A stretch of DNA of 64,000 bases, from the NCBI GenBank assembly GCA_034780895.1, contig JAUZTB010000033.1:30661820-30725819 (forward strand), given 5' to 3'. This document shows positions 49,733-60,500 of this stretch, in pieces. Source of the DNA: Rhynchobatus australiae. Taxonomy: Eukaryota. Both the position numbers and the translations under genes were made by a program. The first letter of the stretch is position 1; each line of letters begins with the position of its first letter. The notes under the pieces are model-generated. The model was not told the DNA's origin. It worked only from the letters and a program-made list of their open reading frames with translations, and did not search any database.

Positions 49733-52700
49733 TAAAGTGATGCATTTATGTTTGCCTGCATAAAATAGTCACTGGGCTTCTAGAGTGAATTTAGTGTGTA
49801 AAGAGCTTCAAATGGTCAAGATAATGAAAGACTACACAAACTAGTTGTGTTAATTGTTACAATACACATATAGTATGCTACGGCTTGCCTTTTGGAGCTT
49901 GTTACTAAGTGTTTGCATGTATTGTTGTTTTTGTCCTGTGTCCATTTTCAGAAAGATTTCTCACCAATTTTACCTCCAAATGAGAATTACTTTCTTCCAC
50001 TTGTATGGAAGGTAGCATAAAAATATCCAATGTCTATAAAATTGACAAAAAGCAATAATTACTTAGGATGAATAGGCACTAGAGGACAGGTTCAGCATGC
50101 CAAAATAAGGTCTTTTAACCCAGATGAAGAAACAATCTTTCTTTTCACTCTAAAGAAACTAGAAATGCCTAATGTTATTTAGCATTCATTTCCACATGTG
50201 GCAAGTATTTCACAGATCAAAAGGTCAGCTCATTTAGTGACAGTACCCAGCTTTCAGCATGTTTTATAACAATGCAAAGTATGTGCTGCAGTGCTGTACA
50301 AATATTGGTGCTTGCCAGCTACCTGTCCCACAATGGAGCAACTTCCTTATGTTTCCTGTGGTGTTGATGAAGAGCTCACTTTTGCTATTGACAGAAACAG
50401 GTCAGTGCTGCTGGTATCAGTAAATGACAAAATAGCCTTAATGAGCTTTATTCTAATGTCAAATCATTCATTTCTGTTTAAAAGCCATATACACTTATCC
50501 ATCCTGATAGTACTGTCAGCAGCATCATTGACCTCAAATCAAGGAAGTATCATGGTAGCAGAGCAGTCATATCTTTAAAGAACAGAATTCAGAAGACAAA
50601 ATCTGCACTCTATAAAACTGCATATATACATCTCACCTCCTGTTAAATCAATGGGAGGCAGGTCCATGCAGCTGTAGTTTTTTTCAAAATCAGGAAATAC
50701 ATTGGCGTTCCAGTGAATTGTGCCAAGGAGTGATATTAATTGGTTTGCAGCCAGGATTACTACATTTGCAAACTCAGTCATGCCATTGGGAGAACATTAC
50801 TAAACAAAGGCTAGTCTGCAGAGTGGGAGGAGGGGTTATGGGAGGTGGTGTGCAGCAGATAGAATGGGAGAGAGGAAAGTGATGTAGTACCAAGTGAGGG
50901 TGGATAAACAGTGGTTTTCCATTGATCAATTGGAGGTTACCAATGAATTTGAGCCAGTGTCTATCTGGATCAAAAGTTGGTCCATGTTATCAACATGTTA
51001 GTTCGCTATATATTTTTAAATGTAAAAAGTTGATTAGTTATAATGACTTCCCTCTCCTCTGTGAAAAGACCACAGACTTGTTGTTTGAAAACAACTGTAT
51101 GAAATGTTTTAAACCTTAAGAAATTGGGGCACTGCATTCACATTTTATTTTAAAATCACTATCTAATAAAGGCAATAAAAGCCTTAGGTAGTCATCACAA
51201 AGGATACCATAGTCAGTCTTTATAAAAGGATTCCACTTCAAAGCGAGCTCTGACCCAACCTTATGAAGCCATTGGCATTTATATCAAAGTCTAGCATTTT
51301 GTTCATCTTGGACAAGTGTCAGGGCAGACACCAGCCTAGACAGACACAAAGTTCCTGTCGGAATGAATGTAGCAGTGACCCCTTTTAGAAATAAATCAAA
51401 CCACAAAAAGCATGAAATAAAGCACGTACACAAGCAAATTACTCTACTCCTTTCAAGAAAAATCAAAATCAATTACATACATTTAAAGACAGAAAGAACG
51501 CCAAATTAAATAATACTGATTGTGTTAATTGAGAGGGAGGCAACTATACAATATGTACTAATTTAATGTAGCCCTCCTGCTGGGTGCGAAGGCAGTTTTA
51601 CCCTTAATACTCAAGAGATCTTTTATTTTGCTGACTAGTTCCAGTCATGGAATACTCAGCACTGCAGTACTGTTTAATAACAGCATTCAATTACAGTCTA
51701 TTCTTCTTAAAATGCATTGGCACCTCCGTTCTGAATAGACTTGCTCCAGAATCCTTACTTCACATCATTTGGTAAGCAGCCTGTTCAGAAAGGCTGGGTC
51801 ATAAATACAATGTGAACTTGAATGATATATTCTATTCAGTTCACAGGGTTCTGCTATATGTTGACCTACCTGACCTCAGCCAAGCAGATGATAGACATTC
51901 AATGGTTGGCCTTAATCTGGGGAATTGAAAGTAGGTTTTGGGCTTCCTGCAATTGCCCTGGAGTTTTAAGGAATTATAGGTTAACTTCCTGGATTCTGCA
52001 CAAAATCCAGAAGTTAATTCATAGATGTATTAAAAAGAAAAACTGATTTTTTTTCTTTGATGGCTTAGCGGTAAGAATGTTGGATATACTGAAATAAAAG
52101 GATGATTGATGGCCCAAGTGGGTGAGGGTGGGAGATCATGTAATTAAATCTCCAAGAATTCATACAACTGTTGTTGACTTCCCGAGGCTGAACTGATCTA
52201 ATGCTCTGCCCACTGGTGCATATTACACTGGTTCTTCATGTTCTCATGAAAATTCAAATGCTGCCTTTTGAATGGACAACTGGATGCCACAAAACAAAGA
52301 AACTTTATGGCACCATTTTCTACAGGTTTCCTAGTGCATAATCCAGGTAAGCCTCTACGATTGTAGCCAACTGTTTCTGAATTAATTGTTTGACCATTCC
52401 AATGCATTGTTATTGCCTTTGCTTTTGCAGTTTCTGCTGAGAGTTTTGGATTCTGTCGGGAAATAACTTCTAAGGCTAGGATGGAAGAAATTGGATGGGA
52501 ACTATGTTTGTGCTCGGATTTATTAAATGCCCTGAGTTGGATGTGTGTTGAAGTCTACAGGGTGTTGAGGATTAGATGCAGAGTTGGATTAAGTTTCAGA
52601 GTTAAATCTGGAGTTGTGTTTGGGAAAGATCTTTCAGATTGGACACCAGGATTTTGTCTCACCAACAAATCACCTTCACATATGGGATAAAATAAAAATA

Positions 52701-55489
52701 AGTAAATATGTCAAACTGTAACAGGAAAGATGAACTATAAATAACTGGAAAGTGATCAATGACAGGAAATACACTGCACAGCTTCAAAATGGCAAGAGTG
52801 TCACTTGTTAGATGACAACCATGAAGCCTTTTTCATTCATGAGCTGTGTTTTAATATATCCTACCGGCACACATCATGACAGATATTGATCAGGCTGATT
52901 TTTACAGTTGATGACGATACTGAGGTCATCATGCAATACTGATGTCCACAGCATCAAGTATTGGACCTGAATAATCAGCTCCGACACCTAATCCACACCT
53001 AATATTTATAGTACACTTCCAATCTGGCTCGTGTAGTTCCCTGAACACCAACAGTGATATGAGATTATTCTCCAATATGAGCATTCTAGATTTCAGCTTT
53101 TGTACAATGCTGGGAGCTGAAGTATCATCCTCTGCACTGATTGCATAATCAACAGATCATGCCATGCACTCTGAGAAAAACATTTTATTTTATTATAACA
53201 AGGAAATCCTCACATTCTGGCACTGCAGCATTTAAGACACGAGCACTGAAATTTATTAGCCATCAACTAAGAGCTGGTTTCTAGCAACTAATGTTATCAG
53301 CGTGTATTTTCTATAAACACCTAAAAGAGATCTAATGCTGGAATACAATTGAGTTCAGATGTTGCCTTAAGGCAAAACTACATTAACAAGAGTGGTTTAT
53401 AAACATTACTTGAACCCCCAAGAACGAGTGATAGCCCTCAACTCCCTCTGCTGGCTCAGGTCTTTTCAAAAGCTCATGTTAACTGCAATTGGTTTTACAT
53501 ATAAAGTTCTCAAAACTGTCAAGTATATTGCAACCCTATCTGATCTAAAAAATACACACAGGTATACTCTCACATGATAGGCAGAAGCATTATTTGATGG
53601 GAAAGAATGAACAAAACATTGCGTGGTTATTTGAAATTGCATCAGTATTTTGCACTTTTTTTTGATTTGGGCCACATCCCAAAAAGTAGAACAGGCATTC
53701 TTCATGGGCAACAGGGTTCTGGTAAGAATCAGTTGGTTTCTTTTGGATTCTTTCCTGCCCCTGGCATAATAAGGTCATGGTAATCTTAACCACGGGCCCT
53801 CATCAACATGCTGCCACCTGACGTTCAGCCTAGAGCAGGAGGGAAGTGGTCCAATAGCAACCCCAGCCCACTAAAATATAGCAGCCTCCGACCATTCCCT
53901 GCACTGCGGTGCATGTGAGAACCAAGATTCCATTTAACTCAGTTGGGAAATGAGAAGAGTTCAGAAGAGGGGAAAGACTAAGCTACCCTTGATACAGCTT
54001 TGATTCAGTTGTAATTCATCAGGTAATTCAAAATAAACTGATTAAAAGCAATATGACACTCTGCTCTGCGTACAAGTATGTTCACCAGCTGGGAAAAGTG
54101 ATTGAAAATGATTGCAGAAGTGTATGGTGGCAAAAATGCATCAGGTTGTANNNNNNNNNNNNNNNNNNNNNNNNNNNNNNNNNNNNNNNNNNNNNNNNNN
54201 NNNNNNNNNNNNNNNNNNNNNNNNNNNNNNNNNNNNNNNNNNNNNNNNNNNNNNNNNNNNNNNNNNNNNNNNNNNNNNNNNNNNNNNNNNNNNNNNNNNN
54301 NNNNNNNNNNNNNNNNNNNNNNNNNNNNNNNNNNNNNNNNNNNNNNNNNNNNNNNNNNNNNNNNNNNNNNNNNNNNNNNNNNNNNNNNNNNNNNNNNNNN
54401 NNNNNNNNNNNNNNNNNNNNNNNNNNNNNNNNNNNNNNNNNNNNNNNNNNNNNNNNNNNNNNNNNNNNNNNNNNNNNNNNNNNNNNNNNNNNNNNNNNNN
54501 NNNNNNNNNNNNNNNNNNNNNNNNNNNNNNNNNNNNNNNNNNNNNNNNNNNNNNNNNNNNNNNNNNNNNNNNNNNNNNNNNNNNNNNNNNNNNNNNNNNN
54601 NNNNNNNNNNNNNNNNNNNNNNNNNNNNNNNNNNNNNNNNNNNNNNNNNNNNNNNNNNNNNNNNNNNNNNNNNNNNNNNNNNNNNNNNNNNNNNNNNNNN
54701 NNNNNNNNNNNNNNNNNNNNNNNNNNNNNNNNACATAATCAGTGATTCAGTGAAATAGAGTACTTTGCGTAATTTTTGCAGCAAGCAAAATCTAAGGGAC
54801 AAAGTTCCTTCCATAAAGAGCATTTTTTTGATATATAGCATTCTCTAAAATGCACCAGTTCCTTGAATACATAGTATTTTTTGTGATATACAGTAATCTT
54901 TCTATTATATGACATTATCTGAAATGCACTATTTGTTCACAATATTCAGTATTCCATCTAATATTGAAGAGTTTCCCTGGCACATAATATTCTCTTTAAT
55001 ACACAGCAATCTCTTGATCTATAACATTGTTTTCTATGAAGCAATCCCTGCAATATATAGCAATCTTTCATGATATGTGTGATACAGCATGCTCTTTGAT
55101 ATATATTGTAATCTCAATAATATTTCTGAAAGAAACAGCATTCATTATATACCAGAATCTATTAAATATACATTTCATACAGAATACGCTGCATTCGCAT
55201 TTCCTCTGATATACAGCAAACTCAATGATATTTATTTCTCCCTAAATGTACAAAGGCCTATGATATACAATAATTCTACAACCATGCTATCTTTATGTTT
55301 CCATGTACCATCATTACAATCAAGAGTCCAATACTGCTCCATTGTGTCAAGTGACATTCAAAATTGAGATCTAAAAAAGACTCAACATCAACAAATTTAA
55401 TATGGTTTCATTTAAAAGCATCATCATCAGCCTCATGATTTTCTTCTCTTGCAAAATACTCCAATACCCTCCTCAGGGACCATCTCAAG

Positions 55490-55760
55490 GTACAAAACAC
55501 AAACGGCTGGAGGAATTCAGTGGGCCAGGCAGCATCTATGGTGACAAAGGGATAGTCGACATTTTACATTGAGACCCTGCATCAGGACTGGGGGCATAGT
55601 GGGGAGATAACCAGTATAAAGAGGAGAGAAGAGAGGGGTGAGGCAGGGATTGATAGGCAATAGGTGGAACCAGGTGAGAAGGGGGATGATGGACAGATGG
55701 AGTCAGATAGGGGAAGGGAAGGGGTGTATTTGGAAGACAGTGGGTGGTAAATGATCGCAA
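55490..55760 (-). mobile_element. Penelope-derived element end with a degenerate hammerhead core
   Basis: GCTGGAGGAATTCAGTGGGCCAGGCAGCATCTATGG..GTCGACATTTTACATTGAGACCCTGCATCAGGACT, followed by the typical purine-rich body. Confidence 0.75.
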
Positions 55761-56147
55761 GGTGATCTAACTCTCTACCAATCTTGCTGCTTTTTAGCTT
55801 TAAGAAGAGATTTAAATTTTGTACCCTCTGCATTATTAGGACGATTTACTTAATGTTACTCCATGGTAGCTCAGCCATTCTCCTACTGTGACACACATGC
55901 ACATTTGATCATCTTAGATGTTCACAGCTCTATAAACTTGCCATTCCCCATCCTCTATACACTACCCAATTTGACCAAACCACTTCTACCCAAGCTTGCT
56001 CATGAATTCCCCTGTCTTCAATGAACTAGAATGGTTCCAAATGCTTACCCTCAAGGCTATGCCCATTTACTTTTACAATTTCATATAGCTCTTCATCTCC
56101 TCTCAGACAACACCTTGCTCTCCTTCAGCCACTATTGATAGCAGAGC

Positions 56148-56230
56148 CAAACACTGACTGGTTTCTCCTTCCACAGGTGCTGCTTGACTGGCTGAGTTCT
56201 TCCAGCATATCTATTTTCATTTCAAATTTC
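56148..56230 (+). mobile_element. Penelope-derived terminal fragment
   Basis: TTTCTCCTTCCACAGGTGCTGCTTGACTGGCTGAGTTCTTCCAGCAT..ATTTCAAATTTC. Confidence 0.65.
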
Positions 56231-56439
56231 TTTTATTTGCCTTCCATACTCTGTCCTACCATAAACCTTCCCATATCTGTACGTCTATCTCAAGAGGTCT
56301 TTGCAAATCGTTTGTTTGACTAGTTCTGAATCACCACTCTAATCTTTTCTTTCCTTGTTCATAATTTATTTTCTAATGTTTATTTGGAAAGCCCCATGGG
56401 ACTTAGCTCTTTATGTGAATGTGGTTCCGATATTGATCT

Positions 56440-57005
56440 ATTTTTTGGGATGTAGGTGAAGCTGCCATGCCATGACACCTGGTTGTCTTTGTCCACTTGT
56501 CCTGAAAAGGAAATAATGAGCCATCTTCTTGACTCATTGCAGTCAATGTGGTGAAGGTACTTCCATTACGATGTTAGATGAAGGATTACAGGATTTTGAT
56601 CCAGTAACAATGAAGTGAGACGGCTGATATCCATATTTGGTTGGTGTGTGACTTGGAATCAAGAGTTAACTTGACAAGTTGCTGCAAAGCATGCTGTAGG
56701 TAGTATATGTTTGCAGCACAGGGCACTTAAGGTGGAGGAAGTGCTGCTTGGATTTTTTCTTTTGATGAAAATGACCAGCCTCCAGCACATTTATGACATG
56801 AATATTGCTTTCTGCTTCTCAGGCAAAGCTTGGATGATGTCCGGTCATGCTGCAGTTTGTCATGGGCTGCTTCATTATGAAAAGATCTGTGCTTGGAGGT
56901 GAATCATCAGCAAACTGCCCTATTTCTAGTCTTGCGATGAGGCAAGGCTATGGATGGAACAAATGAAAATAGCTGAGCTGAGAAAACTTCTCTGAGGAAC
57001 TCCCA
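56440..57005 (-). mobile_element. CR1-group LINE relic
   Basis: TTTTGGGATGTAGG..TGCAGTCAATGTGGTGAAGGTAC..CAGGATTTTGATCCAG tail and GAATCATCAGCAAAC (FADDS on minus), ending in CTGAGGAACTCC (GVPQ on minus). Confidence 0.75.
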
Positions 57006-57499
57006 TATCGATATAATCTAAAGCATCCTCTTTGGCATACAGTAATCCCTGCAATGTTGTACAGTAATTTCACCAATGTTTATGTAAAGGTTACTCTCCG
57101 ATGACAGCAATCTTTCACTCTTTTGAATGTACAGCAATATAGTATGTGCAACAATCTCCCAGATATATAGTGTGATCTATCATTCTGTCTAATATAGTGA
57201 TCTGTCCAATATAGTCTGATGTTTTTTCCCCTCAAATATACAGCATTCTCTCAATCTGTCCAGTACAGATTGATCACTCACATTGTCAGTGATTCAGTGA
57301 TCACTTAATCTCCAATATGCAGCAACCTCATTGCTGTGATGTGCAACAATCTTGGGTTCTCTGACATATAGCAATCTCTTACCCTGTTGTGGAGAATATT
57401 TTCACGCTCTGCAATAAAAAACAATCTATGACTCTTTCGGTTACACAGAAACCATTCATTCTCCATGTTACGGAAAAATGCCTTAAACTCATATAACCT

Positions 57500-57680
57500 G
57501 TGTAACTCCTATCTCCCTATTGCACAGTGATCCCTCACCCTCCTTGCCACAATGCCATTTCTCATCTTACCTGCCACAGAGTGACCTCTTATCACCCCAT
57601 GATCTATCAAATGGCACTCTCTCATCCTCTCCAGGAATTTTCACACTTCCTTATCTCCCCTACCTTCTCTCACCTTCCTC
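57500..57680. repeat. C/T-rich degenerate minisatellite (27-bp and 20-bp units), continuing at 59724-59750 and 60520-60650
   Basis: Units CTCCCTATTGCACAGTGATCCCTCACC, TTACCTGCCACAGAGTGACCTCTTATC, TTCCCTATCACACAGTGAACTC, TCCCTTATCAAACAGTGACTTCTCACC and TTCCCTATCACGTGGTAATTTCTCACC. Confidence 0.65.
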
Positions 57681-59723
57681 ATGATATGACTGTGTGGCTA
57701 GGCACAGCTCAAACATCATCCTTAAATTCGCTGATGACACCAATGTTGTTGACAGAATCTTAGATGGCGATGAGGAGGTGTACAGTAGTGAGGTAGGTCG
57801 GCTGGATGAGTGGTGTTGCAACAACAACCTCGCACTCAACATCAACAAGACCAAGGAACTGATTGTAGACTTCAGGAAGGGGAGGTCACACCAGTGAAGG
57901 AAGGGGAGGACACACCAGTCTCCATTGAGGGGTCAGCAGTGGAAAGGGTGAGCAACTTCAAGCTCCTGGGTGTCAACATCTCAGAGGATCTATCCTGGGT
58001 CCAACATGTTGATGCAATCACGAAGAAGGCACACCAGTGGCACCACTTCATTAGGAGTTTGAGGAAATTTGATATGTCACCAAGAATACCTCAGCCCACT
58101 GCAATTTACCTACCATTGAAACAGGTCTTCGGTGGACACCATCTCCTTGGCCCTACACTTATTTCTGGAGCATCTAGACAGTAAAGACACCTACGTTAGA
58201 CTATTGTTTATTGACTACAGCTCCACCTTCAATACTATAATTCCAGAGAAACTCATCACCATACTCTGAGACCTGGGACTCAACACCTCCCTCTGCAACT
58301 GGATTCTTGATTCCTAACCAAGAGACGACAATCAGTAAGGATAGGCAGCAACACCTCCGCTACGATTATTCTCAACACTGGTGCCCCACAAGGCTGCGTC
58401 TTCAGCCCCTTACTCTACTCCCTATATACTCAAGACTGCATGGCCAGATTCTGCTCTAACACCATCGACAAGCTTGCAGATGATACCACCGTAGTGGGCT
58501 GTACCTCAAATAATGATGAGTCAGAGTACAGGAAGGAGATAGAGAGCCTAGTGACATGGTGTCATGACAACAACCTTTTCTGCAATGTCAGCAAAACAAT
58601 AGAGCTGGTCATTGACTTCAGGAAGTGCATATACACCTGTCTACATCAACGGTGCTCAGATCCAGAGGGTTGAGAGCTTCAAGTTCCTAGGAATGAATAT
58701 CACCAATAGCCTGTCCTGGTCTATTCTGCCCAGGACTGCAAGAAATCATAGAGAGTTGTGGTCTCACAACTCAGCACACCACAGAATCCAGCCTCCCTTC
58801 CATAGACTCTGTCTATACTTCTCGTTTCCTCAGTAAAGCAATCAGCATAATCAAAGACCCCACCCACCTGGGACATCTTTGCTTCTCCCCTCTCCCATCA
58901 GGCAGAAGATACAAAAGCCTGAAAGCACATACCACCAGCTCAAGGACAGCTCGTATCCTGCTGTTATGAGACTATTGGAACAGTTTCCTAATACAATAAG
59001 ATGGACTCTTGACCTCACAATCTACTTCGTTATGACCTTGCACCTTATTGTCTACCTGCATTGCACTTTCTCAGCAGCTGTGACACTTTACTCTATATTC
59101 TGCAATTGTTTTACCTTGCACTACCTCAATGGATTGTGTAACAAATTAATCTGTAAGAATGGTATGCAAGACAAGCTTTTCACTGTATCTTGGTAGAAAT
59201 AACAATAATAAACCAATTCCAACCAATTCCAATTCCAAAGACTCTTACAAATGTCTACAGATGTACGGTGGAGAGCATTCTGATTGGTTGCATCACTGCC
59301 TGGTATGGAGGCTCTAATGCGCAGGATCAAAAGAGGCAGCAGAGGGTTGTAGACTCAGCCCACTCTACCATGAGAACAACCTTCGCCACCATCGAGGACA
59401 TCTTCAAGAGGTGGTGCCTCAAAAAGGCGGCATCCATCATTAAGGACCCTCACCATCCGGGATATGTGCTCTTCACGTTACTACCATCAGGGAGGAGGTA
59501 CAGGAGCCTGAAGACCCACACTAACATTTCGGGAATAGCTTCTTCCCTCCACCATCAGATTTCTGAATGGTCCATGAACCCATGAACACTACCTCATTAT
59601 TCCTCTTTTGCACTATTTATTTAAGTTTGTAACTTATAGTAACTTTTATGTCTTGCACAGCACTGCTGCCACAAAACAACAAGTTTCACGATATATGTGA
59701 ATGATAATAAACCTGATTCTGAT
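57680..59723 (+). mobile_element. Rex1/Babar-type LINE copy A (5'-truncated), in two parts: 57680-58084 and 59239-59723
   Basis: KFADDTNVV..WCCNNNLALNINKTKELIVDFRK, FKLLGVNISEDLSW..LRKFDMSP | KTLTNVYRCTVESILIGCITAWYG..LLPSGRRYRS; tail AATAAACCTGATTCTGAT. Confidence 0.9.
58085..59238 (+). mobile_element. Rex1/Babar-type LINE copy B nested in copy A (5'-truncated, internal deletion near 58720)
   Basis: [64 protein letters not shown]; own 3' UTR with (CCAATT)n tail at ~59213-59238. Confidence 0.9.
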
Positions 59724-59749
59724 GTCATCTTCCCTATCACACAGTGAAC

Positions 59750-60500
59750 TCAGAATCAGAGTTATAGAGTCAAAAAGCACAGAAACAGGTGCCCACCATC
59801 AGGTGCTCATTTGTGTAAATCACATTTTCCAGCATTTGCCCTGTAGTCTTCAATGTCTTGGCAATTCAAATGCTCGTCTAGAAACCACTTATATCTTGTG
59901 AGATTGCCCGACTCTCCCACCTCTCAGGCAATGCATTCCAGATTCTAACCCTGTTTGAATGAAAAAAATTGTTCCTCAGATCCCCTCGAAACCACCGCCT
60001 CTATGCTCAAAACTATGCCCTCTGACTTTAGACACATCTGTTATAGGGAATAGTTTCCTACCACCTATCCTCCTCATTATTTTGTACATGTCAGTTAGAT
60101 ACCCCCTCAGCTCCTGCGCCCCAAGGAAAAAGATCTAATTTATTCAGTTTCTCCTCATAAATGAAATGCTCCATCTCGTCATCATCCTGGTAAATCTCCT
60201 CTGCACCCTCTCTGGTGCAATCACATGCTTCCTATAGTGTGATGAACCAGAAATGCACAAAAGTACTCCAGCTCTGGGCTAACTAATGTTTTATAAAATT
60301 GCAACATTATCTTCCTGCTCTTATACTTTATGCTCCAACTAATAAAGGGAACAGCCTCTTCACGACCTTATCTACCTGGCACTGTCATCTTCAGAGATCT
60401 CTGTAATTGTACACCAAGGTCCCTCCATTCTTTAATCTTTGTAGGGCCCTACCGCTTATTTTGTGTGTCTTGGAACTCCCAAAATGCATCACCTCGTGGT
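59750..60500 (-). mobile_element. CR1 LINE 3' portion
   Basis: AGCACAGAAACAGG tail, GCATTCCAGATTCTAACC, ATCCTGGTAAATCTCCTCTGCACCCTCTC, AGTACTCCAGCT and CCAAAATGCATCACCTC (EVMHFG on minus). Confidence 0.85.

Larger units (their letters stand above)
54780..57400. repeat. Degenerate ~20-bp minisatellite (ATATACAGCAATCTCTC-like), visible at ~54780-55270 and ~57010-57400
   Basis: Many ACAG(C/T)AATCT(C/T) variants in both blocks, separated by Penelope/L2/CR1 relics. Confidence 0.55.

Noticed and set aside
54005-54841. Longest ORFs in the track (208-278 aa), and those at ~12.1 kb and ~27.5 kb
   Set aside because: They are open only because they run through N gaps.
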